From: an uncultured bacterium
Lineage (GTDB): Bacteria > Verrucomicrobiota > Verrucomicrobiia > Limisphaerales > UBA8199
DNA: 64,000 nt
Direction of reading: 5' to 3'
NCBI GenBank assembly: GCA_963749495.1
Contig: CAVVMW010000006.1
Location: 192,001-256,000 of the forward strand
In this document: positions 1 to 10,156 of the stretch, piece after piece
Position numbering within the stretch: position 1 is the stretch's first letter
How the letters are laid out: every line of letters starts with the position of its first letter
Program-made: the position numbers and the translations under genes
The notes under the pieces: generated by a model
Told to the model about the DNA's origin: nothing
Databases searched by the model: none
Seen by the model: only the letters and a program-made list of their open reading frames with translations

Positions 1-1
1 C

Positions 2-157
2 GAGGAACAGACGGCGCTCTCGATCCGGTTCCGCCGCATGACCGGGCGCCTGAAACAACTGAGCCTCGAAGACCACACGGCGGACCTCTACGGCCAACTG
101 ACCCTGGCCGTCCACGACCTGAATCTCCTGGTGCGGGAGGCCTTCTACCCAGGATAG
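2..157 (+). CDS. 3' end of a gene entering from the left (hypothetical; possibly YkgJ-family C-terminus)
   Basis: Open frame EEQTALSIRFRRMTGRLKQLSLEDHTADLYGQLTLAVHDLNLLVREAFYPG* with GC3-rich codons, TAG at 155-157; family call tentative. Confidence 0.55.
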   Translation, partial: EEQTALSIRFRRMTGRLKQLSLEDHTADLYGQLTLAVHDLNLLVREAFYPG

Positions 158-178
158 CGGACTTTGGGGTTTTGGTGT

Positions 179-276
179 CTTTGTCGCAGCCTTTGTCGCA
201 ACCTTTGTCGAGTCGTCGGAATGGCCTGGTTTCGACAAAGGGTTCGACAAAGGCTGCGACAAAGGTTCCGACAAAG
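179..276. repeat. 12-nt-period tandem repeat in inverted arrangement (CTTTGTCG x3 / CGACAAAG x4)
   Basis: CTTTGTCG at 179, 191, 203; CGACAAAG at 233, 245, 257, 269; same family at 19620-19697 and 33644-33721. Confidence 0.9.
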
Positions 277-581
277 GTCGTGAAAGTCAAAGGCCGGCGC
301 AGAAGTCCAAGGCGTGGCTGGGCGTCTGGTCGGGGCTGGTTGGTGAGGGATGCCCGTTTGGATGGAGGTCGCCGGACGCCCAGCACAATCCTTTTCGCAG
401 AAGCGGGGCAGGGGAGCAAGGCGGCAGTACCCAGGAAATTCCCAGGGGGCGCAAATCAGCCCCCGCCGATGGCGCCGCGTCAGGCCGCCTCTTCGTTTCC
501 TTCGTTTCCTTCTGTTCTGTTTCCGTGGGCCGCCGCTATTTCCCTTTACCTGGTGCCGATTCAATGGCAAAAGGGCGGCTC

Positions 582-3164
582 ATGCGAATGTCTCACTGGC
601 TCGTGCTGGCGGCCACGCTGCTCGCCGCGCCCGGTTGCGCCCCTGTCAAGGACCGCGTCTGGGCCTCCCCGGCGGCGCCGACCTGGCCCGGCAAGCAGCC
701 GGACGGCTCGGTGCTGTTGCCCAACCAGTGGTCGCTCCGGCCGGCGGCAGGCAGGTGGAGTTGGCTGACTTCCCCATCAACATCGCCGTACACCCGGGCG
801 GTCAATACGCGGCGGTGCTGCACAGCGGCTACAGCGCCCACCAGGTCGTGGTGGTGGACGTGGCGTCGGCCAAGGTGGTGTCCCGCACCCCGCTACACGA
901 GGCCTTTTACGGCTTGGAGTTTTCCAAGGACGGTCACCGGCTCTATTGCAGCGGGGCCGGGGACGAGGTCATCCATGGCTACGATTTCCAGGATGGCGCG
1001 TTGCGCAACGAGGCGCCGATTGGGCTGCGCGACGCCCAGCAGCGCGGGGTGCCCGCTGGGCTGGCGATTGACAGCGCAGGCCGGACGCTCTTCGTGGCGA
1101 ACGTCTGGGGGCATTGTGTGAGCCGGGTCGAGATGGGGCCGCAGCCGGTGGTGACTGACATCCTGCTGGGGACGAACGTTCCGGGTGCCTGGGGGGCCCA
1201 GGCCGTGCCGTCACCCGATTTCGACACGGCCGCCGCAACCAAACGGGCCGAGGCCGCGCTCTACCAGGCCGATGCGAAGGATTCACATCCTTATGCCTGC
1301 CGGCTGGACGAGAAGCGCGGCTTGCTTTACGTGAGCCTGTGGGCGCAGGCGGCCGTGGCGGTGATCAATGTGAAGTCGCAACGGGTGACGGCCCGCTGGC
1401 TTACGCAGGAGCATCCGTGCGAGATGGCACTGGACCGCTCAGGCAGGCGGCTGTTCGTGGCCAACTCCAGCCGGAACACGGTAACCGTCTTCGATACGGC
1501 AACGGGCAAGGCCCTGGAGACGATTTGGGCTGCCCTCTATCCCCAGGCGCCGCCCGGCTCCACGCCCAACAGCCTGGCGCTGGCGCCGGACCAGAAGATG
1601 TTGTTCGTGGCAAACGCCGACAACAACGCCGTGGCGGTCTTCGACATCAGCACACCTGGCAAGAGCCGCTCGCTCGGGTTCATCCCCGTGGGCTGGTATC
1701 CGACCTCGGTGCGGGTGACTCCGGACGGCAAGCATCTGCTTGTGGCGAGCGGCAAGGGTTTGGAATCCAAGGCCAACCCCCTCGGTCCGCAGCCGGCGCC
1801 CCGCGCCTCGAACGCGCAGTACCATCGGGCGGCTCTTCAACGGCGCCCTGGGGATCATCAACCTGCCCGCCCGCAACCAGTTGGAACGGGAACTGGCCGC
1901 CTGGACCGCCCAGGCCCGCGCCTGCAGCCCGCTCAGGCCCGATGCCTCCGTGTCCGGGCCGCCCCGCCGCCCCGGCAATCCCATCCCCCTCCGGCCCGGC
2001 CAGTCCAGCCCCATCAAATACTGCCTCTACATCATCAAGGAGAACCGCACCTACGACCAGGTCCTGGGCAACCTGCCCCAAGGCAACGGCAACCCCAACC
2101 TCTGCCTCTTCCCCGAGCGGGTCACGCCCAACCTCCACCAACTGGCCAAACAATTCGTCTTGCTGGACAATTTCTATGTCAACAGCGAGGTCAGCGCCGA
2201 CGGGCACGAATGGAGCATGGGGGCGTATGCAACGGATTTCGTCCAGAGGATGTGGCGGCTCAGTTACGGGCACGACCAATCGGGCAAATATCCTTACCCG
2301 TCGGAGGGCAACTTCCCCGTGGCCTGCCCGGCGGGCGGCTACCTGTGGGACCGGGCACGGGCGGCGGGTGTCAGCTACCGGAGCTACGGCGAATTCATCC
2401 AGAATGGCCGCACTCCCGACCAGCCCGGCACCACCCGCATCCCCGCCCTTCGCGGCCACTTCGACCCTTATTACCGGGGTTTCGACCTGGACTATCCGGA
2501 CGTGAAACGCACGGCCCGATTCATCACCGAGTTGAATGGCTTCCAGGCCCAGGGCGACATGCCGCGCCTGCTCATCCTCCGGCTGCCCAACGACCATACC
2601 CACGGCACCACCCGGGGCAAACTCACCCCCACCGCCCTGGCGGCCGATAACGACCTGGCCCTGGGCCAACTCGTCCAGGCCGTGAGCCACTCGAAATTCT
2701 GGCCCCAAACCGCCCTGTTTGTCGTCGAGGACGATGCCCAGAACGGACCCGACCACGTGGACGCGCATCGCACCACGGCCTATGTCATCAGCCCATACAC
2801 TCGGCGCGGGGCGGTCGATTCGACCCTCTACTCGACCACCAGCATGCTCCGGACCATCGAGCTGATCCTCGGTCTGCAGCCGATGTCGCAGTTCGATGCC
2901 GCCGCCACCCCGATGTTCAATTGCTTCCAGGACAGGCCCGACCTGAGCGCCTTCCAAGCACTCCCCGCCAATGTCGATCTCCAGGAGCGCAACCAGCCCA
3001 TCGCCTGGGGGGCAGACCTCCCGATGAATTTCGCCCGCGAGGATGCCGCCGACAACTTCCTCCTCAACGAGGTGGTCTGGCGCTCCGTGCGCGGCCCGCA
3101 CAGCCCCATGCCCGCCCCCGTCCGCGCCGGCTTTGTCTTCCCCCACCCGAGGGAAGAAGACTAA
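582..3164 (+). CDS. Lipoprotein: YVTN/YncE beta-propeller + phosphoesterase (alkaline phosphatase superfamily); two frameshifts (~750, ~1820)
   Basis: Lipobox-like LLAAPGC; propeller repeats (LFVANADNNAVAVFD, IPVGWYPT); motifs IIKENRTYDQVLG, DNFY..SADGH, LPNDHTHG, VEDDAQNGPDHVDAHR spread across ORFs 525/350/1740. Confidence 0.85.
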
Positions 3165-3246
3165 CCCAGTTCGAATCATACCGCGCCGGGGTCCGCTTGT
3201 CACGCATGCTGCACACCCAAGTCCTCGCTTGACCCGTTTTTTAGGA

Positions 3247-3349
3247 ACCGCGGAACACACGGAACACACGGAAAGGGGGCCTTTTTTTCTGTGTATTCCG
3301 TGTGTTCCGTGGTTCTCTTTGCTTTCGGGATTGGCACGGAAGCTGAGGA
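3247..3349. repeat. 9-nt-period inverted repeat element (ACACGGAAC / TTCCGTGTG) with GATTGGCACGGAAGCTGAG tail
   Basis: Related copies at ~9955-10030 and, inverted, ~47922-48022. Confidence 0.8.
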
Positions 3350-3756
3350 TGCCGCGGAAAAGGAGTCACCCATAGTTTGGTTCGTTATTGTTCATTCGTT
3401 TTCACCGGCTCAGAAGCCGTTCTCCTGACCGCGTACTCTGCGGCGCAGGTATGAACCCGCTACACTGCTACAAGGCCCATGGAACCGGGGGATTCTTGAG
3501 GTCGAACCCGCTACACGACCCGCAACAACGCGCTACAGTGCCGGTAAAATCGGGGGATTTTTGCCGGCGCGATCTTTGTTTGACACGGCGGAAGTCGATC
3601 CCACTTCGGTAAAATCGAGGTCCGCATAGCGGACGAGCTGGGCTGGCGGTGCGTGAAGGACGTCATGAAAGCTTAGGCAACCGGTCCGAGCAGGAATACT
3701 GAATACTGTGTGAGTTTTCCGGCCAGGTGCGCCGGCCATCGGGGCGGGGGGGTGTC

Positions 3757-3915
3757 AGACAGAATTCTTCTGGGATCTCCAGACGGCACCTCGCAGAGCT
3801 GATCTGGGGCTTCCATCCTTCGTTTCCTTCGTTTCCTTCTGTTCCTTTCCTGCATCCCGCCGGCTGAGCACAGGAACGGAACAGAACGAAACGAAGCCAA
3901 CAAAGAGGCGTCCTG
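3757..3915. repeat. Dispersed element with TTCGTTTCC 9-mers
   Basis: GACAGAATTCTTC...ATCCTTCGTTTCCTTCGTTTCCTTCTGTTC shared with ~51297-51465; partial inverted copy at ~467-520. Confidence 0.8.
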
Positions 3916-4206
3916 ATGCGGCGGGATTGATCCGGTCCGTGCCAGTTCGTATTTGGGCAGATGATCAGGAGGATCTTGGGGTGTGGGGCTCAGCCGCCGC
4001 TACGCGACGCAGGCCCTACCCTGGCGACTCGGAGGAGGCGGCCAGGAGGTGGAGGGGCCGGCAGGCGATCAAGGCGCCACAGCCATTTGCGGGCAGGAAC
4101 TTTCCAGAAGAGCCCCTTTTTCGATACAAGAGTTGCCAATACTAAGTTCCGACCCCTTGTCCTTGTCGCGGGGGCTGAGATGAACGGGTGAACGTTCGGA
4201 CGTTGC

Positions 4207-5413
4207 TTGGACCACCAGCGGCGGCTAGACTCCGCCGCATTGATCGAACAAAGCGCTCAACCAAAGCGGTGGCTTAAGGTCCTGGGCCTCAGCGCCGCGC
4301 TCGTGGCGGCGGTATGCTTGCTGCGGCTGACGGTCTTTCGTCCCGTGGCGATTCCGGTGACGGTCCATCTGGTGGAGGTCGGACGCGTCGAGCACACGGT
4401 GGTTAACTCGAGGGCCGGGACCGTCCAGTCCCGCCGGCGCGCGGGGATCGAGCCCGGGCCTGGCCGGGTTGGTGAGCGAGAAGGCGGTCGAGAAAGGCTC
4501 GCAGGTGAAGCGAGGAGACGTCTTGCTGCGGCTGGATGACAGCGAACACAAGGCGCAGGTGCAACTGTCGCTGCGCTCGCTGGAAGCGGCCAAGGCGGTG
4601 GCGGAGCAGGCGCGGCTGGACGCGGAATTGGCGCAGCAGGAATGGAAGCGGACGCAGATCCTGGCCCGGGACGATGTGGTCTCGGCCACCGCCCAGGATC
4701 AGGACCGGAATCGAACGTTGGGCGCCGCGGCGGCCGCCCTGGCGGCGCAGGCGCGCATCGGCGAGGCGGAGGCCTCCCTCGACCTGGCGCGGGCCACGCT
4801 GGCCAAGACGGTGATGACCGCCCCCTTTGATGGCGTGGTGCTGGACATCACCGCCGAAGTGGGTGAATGGATTAGCCCTTCGCCGCCCGGAGTGTTCATT
4901 CCGCCGGTCGTGGATTTGATCGATGCGCGGGCCCTGTATGTGAGCGCCCCGATTGACGAGGCCGACGTGGCCCGGATCGCCGTGGGGTTGCCGGTCCGGA
5001 TGACTTTGGATGCCTTCCGCGGACAGTCATTCGCCGGCACGGTGACGTACGTTTCATCATTTGTGGAAACGCGCCAGGAGCAGAACCGGACCCTCCGGGT
5101 GGAGGCGGATTTCAAGGACTCGACCCTGCCACCCAACCTGTTGCCCGGACTCTCCGCGGACGTCGAGGTGCTCCTGGAGGCGCACGAGCAAGTGCTGCGC
5201 ATCCCGACATATGCCTTGCTCGAGGGCAACCGGGTCCTGGTGGTGGAGGGTGGCCTGTTGGCCGAGAAAAAGGTGGCCACCGGTTTGCACAACTGGAATT
5301 TCACCGAGATCACCTCCGGGCTGACCGCGGGAGAAAAGGTCGTCGTGTCGCTCGATCGGCCGGAGGTGAAGGCCGGCGCCCGGGCCGTCATCGCTGCGGA
5401 GGTGGCAAAGTGA
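4207..5413 (+). CDS. Efflux periplasmic adaptor (HlyD/MacA-like); frameshift ~4450
   Basis: N-terminal membrane anchor in ORF 4207, lipoyl half-motifs (GSQVKRGDVLLRLD; APFDGVV), LLPGLSADV; upstream of ABC ATPase. Confidence 0.85.
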
Positions 5414-6135
5414 TTGAGCTAGCCGGGATTCATCGCACCTACGTCGTGGGCGGAAGCCCGGTTTACGCGCTCACGGAAGTCAACCTCCGGATCGAGCGGG
5501 GCGAGTATGTCTCGGTCATGGGCCCGTCCGGCTCTGGCAAATCGACCCTCCTGCACCTGCTGGGGTGCCTGGATCGGCCGACCGCGGGCTCCTACAGGTT
5601 CGCGGGCCAGGAGACGGCGCGGTTGACGGAGTTGGAGTTGTCCCGCCTGCGCCGTCACCAGATCGGGTTTGTCTTTCAGTTTTTCCATCTGGTGCCGCGG
5701 CTGACGGCGGCGGGAAACGTGGAACTGCCGATGGTGTTCGCCGGGATTCTGCCCGAGGAGCGGCGGCGGCGGGTCCAAAACGCGCTCGCGGGAGTGGGCT
5801 TGACCGCGCGGGCCAAGCACCGCCCCGACCAGCTCTCGGGCGGGGAGCAGCAGCGCGTGGCGATCGCGCGCGCGGTGGTGATGAGTCCCGGGCTGCTGCT
5901 CGCCGACGAACCCACCGGCAATCTCGACAGCGCCTCGGGACGGGAAATCGTCCAGCTCATCGAGGAGATGAACCGGCAAGGCCTGACGCTCATCGTGGTG
6001 ACGCATGATCCGCGGATTGGGGAACGGGCACGGCGCCGAATCCATTTGGCCGATGGCGAAGTCGTTTCGGATGAGCGGACGGAGGGCGCCGCCGTCCCGG
6101 CCGGGGCGGAGGCAGGCTCGCGGCAGGCCCTATGA
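5410..6135 (+). CDS. ABC transporter ATP-binding protein (MacB/LolD type)
   Basis: GPSGSGKST, LSGGEQQRVAIARA, LLADEPTGNLD, VTHD. Confidence 0.95.
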   Translation: MIELAGIHRTYVVGGSPVYALTEVNLRIERGEYVSVMGPSGSGKSTLLHLLGCLDRPTAGSYRFAGQETARLTELELSRLRRHQIGFVFQFFHLVPRLTAAGNVELPMVFAGILPEERRRRVQNALAGVGLTARAKHRPDQLSGGEQQRVAIARAVVMSPGLLLADEPTGNLDSASGREIVQLIEEMNRQGLTLIVVTHDPRIGERARRRIHLADGEVVSDERTEGAAVPAGAEAGSRQAL

Positions 6136-7337
6136 GGTTCCTCGATCTCTTGCGGTTTGCCAGCGGCGGTTTGCGTGGTCATCGCCTGCGGACCTCGCTC
6201 TCGCTGCTGGGCGTGGCGATTGGGGTCGCTTCGGTGGTGCTGTTGACGAGCTTGGGCGAAGGGGCCCGCCTCTACGTGATCGGGGAGTTTGCTTCGCTGG
6301 GCGCGAACCTGCTCATCTTCATTCCGGGCAAGACAGAGACCAAAGGCCTGGCGCCGCTGGTCAGCACCGCCCCCCATGACCTGACGATGCAGGACGCGGC
6401 CGCGCTGCTCCAGCGCGTGCCGACAATCCGGCGGGTGGCGCCGCTGGCCGTCGGGACGGCTACCCTCCTGGCGGGGGAACGCAGCCGGGAGGCCGCGGTG
6501 ATCGGCGCCACGCACGACATCCTCGAGATTCGGCACCTCAAGATGGCCGGCGGGCGGTTTCTGCCCCCGGACCTGCCCGAGGCCGCGCTCTGTGTCATCG
6601 GCGCGAAGCTCCAGCGGGAGCTGTTTCCCGATCAAAATCCGCTCGGCCAGTGGGTGCGGATCGGGGAATGGCGGTTTCGCATCATCGGCGTGACCGCCCC
6701 GCGGGGCACCTCGCTGGGGATGGATATGGATGACGTCGTCGAGATTCCAGTGCAAACCGCGCTGCGCTTGTTCAACCGGAGCGGCCTGTATCGGATTTTG
6801 GCGGAGGTGGGCTCTCATTATGAGATTCCCAAGGCGGAGCGGGCGGCGTTGGCGGTGCTGCGCGACCGCCATGCGGGGCAGGAAGACGTGACCGTCTTGA
6901 CGGAAGATGCGGTGCTCAGCACGTTCAATCAAATCCTGCGCGCGCTGACGGCGGCGCTGGCGGGCATCGCGGCCATTTCGCTGGCGGTGGCCGGCCTGGG
7001 CATCATGAACGTGATGCTGGTTTCGGTCTCCGAACGGACGCGCGAGGTCGGTCTGCTCAAAGCGGTCGGGGCGACCCAGGCGCAGGTGGTGGCGGTCTTC
7101 CTGGTGGAGGCCGCCGTCCTTTCGACCGTCGGCGGGAGCCTCGGACTGGTGATGGGCCTGGCGGCGGGAGGCGGCTTGCAGCGGCTCTATCCGGATTTCC
7201 CCATCCACCCGCCGGGTTGGGCGATCGGGGCGGCCCTGGTCGTGTCTTGCGCCGTGGGACTGCTCTTCGGCATTCTGCCGGCCCGTAACGCGGCGCGCCT
7301 GAATCCGGTTGAGGCCTTGATGAGGCGCAAGGCATGA
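6132..7337 (+). CDS. ABC transporter permease (MacB/FtsX family)
   Basis: RTSLSLLGVAIGVASVV; GIMNVMLVSVSERTREVGLLKAVGA; PARNAARLNPVEAL. Confidence 0.95.
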   Translation: MRFLDLLRFASGGLRGHRLRTSLSLLGVAIGVASVVLLTSLGEGARLYVIGEFASLGANLLIFIPGKTETKGLAPLVSTAPHDLTMQDAAALLQRVPTIRRVAPLAVGTATLLAGERSREAAVIGATHDILEIRHLKMAGGRFLPPDLPEAALCVIGAKLQRELFPDQNPLGQWVRIGEWRFRIIGVTAPRGTSLGMDMDDVVEIPVQTALRLFNRSGLYRILAEVGSHYEIPKAERAALAVLRDRHAGQEDVTVLTEDAVLSTFNQILRALTAALAGIAAISLAVAGLGIMNVMLVSVSERTREVGLLKAVGATQAQVVAVFLVEAAVLSTVGGSLGLVMGLAAGGGLQRLYPDFPIHPPGWAIGAALVVSCAVGLLFGILPARNAARLNPVEALMRRKA

Positions 7338-8536
7338 GCTTCAAGGATCTGCTGCGCCTGGCTTGGCAGTCCCTCTGGTTTCACCGCCAGCGGTCCCTCC
7401 TGACCATGCTGGGAATCGTGATCGGGATCGCGTCCGTGATTCTCTTGACCTCGATTGGCGAGGGGACACGCGCTTATGTGATGTCCGAGTTCACCCAGTT
7501 CGGCACGACGGTCGCGAAGGTGGCCCCCGGGAGGGTCCAAACCACGGGCGCCCCCGGCGCGTTGGGGATCACCGTGCATCCTTTGACGCTGGAGGACGCC
7601 GCGGCGCTCGAGCGGGTCCCCGGAGCGGAACGCGTGGTGCCGGTGGTGTATGGGGCGGCGCCGGTGGAGCGGGCCGGCAAGACCCGCAATGTGCTTGTTT
7701 ATGGCGTCACGTCGGCGGCCCCCTCCCTATGGCGCTGGCGCGTCCGGGCCGGCCGGTTTCTGCCCGAGATGGAATGGCGGCGCGGCGCGCCCTTGGCCGT
7801 TTTGGGCCCCAGACTAAAGCGCGAACTCTTCGGGGACGAGACTTCGCTCGGCCAGCACGTGCGCATCTCCGGCGAGCGCTTCCTAGTGCTCGGGGTGATG
7901 GAATCCAAGGGCCAATTCCTCGGGTTCGATTTTGACGACACCGCCTTCATCCCGGTGGGGGAGGCCCGGCGGCTGTTCAATCACCTCGGCCTGAACGAGA
8001 TCGATTTCTCGATGCCCAACGCCTCGCTGATCGACCCTGTGGTGGGACGTGTCCGGAGCCTGCTCATCGCGCGGCACAATAAGGAGCAGGATTTTACTAT
8101 CATCACCCAAACCGGCATGTTGGAAAGTCTGGGGCGCATCATCCGGATCGTGAGCCTGGCGGTGGGCGGGATCGGGGCCATCTCGCTGCTCGTGGGTTCG
8201 ATTGGCATCCTGACCATGATGTGGATTTCGGTCAACGAGCGCACGTCGGAGATCGGGCTGGCCCGGGCCATCGGCGCCACCCCCACGCAAATCCTGCTCC
8301 TCTTTCTGAGCGAGGCCGCGCTGCTGTCCACCCTGGGCGGCGTGCTCGGTCTGGGTCTGGGCATCGGGCTGGCCCACCTGCTGCATTTCTACGTCCCGGC
8401 ACTCCCGGTGAAGACGCCGCTGGAATTTGTGTTTTTGGCCCTGGCGGTCAGTCTGGTGGTGGGACTCGTCAGCGGCTTGCTGCCCGCGCGGCGCGCGGCC
8501 TCGCTGGACCCACTCGTCGCGCTAACGGCGGAATAA
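7334..8536 (+). CDS. ABC transporter permease (MacB/FtsX family)
   Basis: RSLLTMLGIVIGIASVI; SVNERTSEIGLARAIGA; PARRAASLDP. Confidence 0.95.
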   Translation: MSFKDLLRLAWQSLWFHRQRSLLTMLGIVIGIASVILLTSIGEGTRAYVMSEFTQFGTTVAKVAPGRVQTTGAPGALGITVHPLTLEDAAALERVPGAERVVPVVYGAAPVERAGKTRNVLVYGVTSAAPSLWRWRVRAGRFLPEMEWRRGAPLAVLGPRLKRELFGDETSLGQHVRISGERFLVLGVMESKGQFLGFDFDDTAFIPVGEARRLFNHLGLNEIDFSMPNASLIDPVVGRVRSLLIARHNKEQDFTIITQTGMLESLGRIIRIVSLAVGGIGAISLLVGSIGILTMMWISVNERTSEIGLARAIGATPTQILLLFLSEAALLSTLGGVLGLGLGIGLAHLLHFYVPALPVKTPLEFVFLALAVSLVVGLVSGLLPARRAASLDPLVALTAE

Positions 8537-8643
8537 GAACTGCGGATTTGTTGTCGCCCGATATGGCGGGGTAATTCGAAAAGAAAGAAAAGGGGTCAGC
8601 CAAAACTATTGACACAACGGCGGGTTTGGGGCAGCCTTTCGGG

Positions 8644-9115
8644 ATGCCGCGCAAGCTGCGAGTCCAGTATCCGGGCGCCATCTATCACGTCATGAATCGG
8701 GGCGACCGCCGCGAAGACATCTTCGAGGACGATAAAGACCGTCACCGCTTTCTTGAGACCCTGGGCCAAACTTGCGACAAGACGGGCTGGCAGGTCCACG
8801 CCTATTGCTTGATGTCCAACCACGTTCATCTGGTGGTCGAGACGCCTCAGCCCAACTTGGTCGCCGGCATGAAGTGGTTGCTGGGCACTGGGGGACAAAG
8901 AGTTCAAAGGGGAGTTGTTGGCGCAGGTGCACGAGCGGCGCGGCGACCATTATGGAGCTGAACTGCGCGAGGCCGACGTCGCGCATGCGGAGCATGTCGT
9001 GGTGGAGGAGCTGCGTCGGCGAGGCTGGAGGGAGGCTGAACTGACGCCCCGGCGCAAGGGAGACCCCGAGAAGGTGGAGATGCCCTGGCGCTTGCGCCGC
9101 GAAACTACCATGACA
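8644..9115 (+). pseudogene. REP-associated tyrosine transposase (RAYT, Y1 HUH), internally deleted
   Basis: MPRKLRVQYPGAIYHVMNRGDRREDIF...AYCLMSNHVHLVV (HUH) breaks at ~8890 and resumes out of frame in the C-terminal region (RKGDPEKV..LRRETTMT); flanked by AAAAGGGGTCA motifs. Confidence 0.85.
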
Positions 9116-9390
9116 AAAAGGGGTCAAAAAGGGGTCAGTTAATGAGATTGATTCCGCAGAAAAACCCCCTGTTTTTGGAGATAAGCGGAGGTGCATGAAA
9201 AGTGTCGGGAATTCTTACGCGCTAATTTGGTCTGTACGCGATTTGAATGACCGAGGGATACATCAGACATGGTCTTTTTCACTGTCTCTTTTTGATCAGA
9301 GGGGTTTTTCAGCAGAATCAATGTAAGGGCATGACCCCTTTCCCCTTAGGCGCCAAAGGCGCCCTTGATACCAGCCGGCGGCAACGCCCG

Positions 9391-9613
9391 GCCAACCCGG
9401 AGGGTTGGCAGAAGGTAGCCGGGGGTCGCCGTCCAGCGGCAACCCCCGGTTGAGGGCGTCGGTGGCCCTGCACCCCGGCGGGGTGCCAGAAGAGCACACG
9501 TTGGCGGCGGGCGCCTTCTGGCATCCCTCTGGGATGCAATCCCTTGCCGTCGCGGCACCGGGGGTCTCGCTACGCTTCGACCCCCGGCTACCTTCTGGCA
9601 TCCCTCCGGGATG
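9391..9613. repeat. REP/REPIN-like ~220-nt composite palindrome
   Basis: Ends CAGAAGGTAGCCGGGGGTCG / CGACCCCCGGCTACCTTCTG are inverted; homologous copy at ~52701-52923. Confidence 0.8.
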
Positions 9614-9728
9614 AGAAATGTCCTTCGGAAATCCGTGACGCCCATCAGATCCGCTTCATGAGGGCACCCGAGGATGTGGGTAACGACAAGGACTTCCAGT
9701 CCATGGTTTGGGGCGTGGGAATGGCCGC

Positions 9729-9870
9729 GCGTCGCGTAGCGACGCCTGAGGGCCTGGTGCTGGCCAAATCGAATCCTGTTGTCGAGCGTCGCTACGCGAC
9801 GCAGGTGAACCTGGGCCATGGGTCCGTGGACTGGAAGTCCACGGCTACCTTCAAGCACCGCTACGCGGTG
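9729..9870. repeat. REP-like palindromes (GCGTCGCGTAGCGACGC family)
   Basis: GCGTCGCGTAGCGACGC ... GCGTCGCTACGCGACGC inverted pair plus CCGTGGAC..GTCCACGG hairpin. Confidence 0.65.
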
Positions 9871-10156
9871 ACGCGGGCTGGCGGCACGCCCAGTATTGGT
9901 CGTCGGATTCCTTGGCCTTCATCACTCCAGACAGGAACTTTCCGGATGAGCCGGAAAGGGGGCCTTTTTTCTGTGTATTCCGTGTGTTCCGTGGTTCTCT
10001 GTGCTTTCGGGATTGGCACGGAAGCTGAGGAGACCTGATTCCACTGCCCGGCGTCGCGCGTTCGGGTTTGGGCGCGGATTTGGGGGACTCCGGGGATGGT
10101 CCCTCGGTGAAGGCGGAGAAGGAATCTCCGGCGGAGCCCTCACCCCACCGTTACGT

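Noticed and set aside
3360..4200. Short ORFs and the GAACCCGCTACAC direct repeat (3453, 3504) in the gap before the ABC operon
   Set aside because: No recognisable family or RNA structure; cannot support a call.
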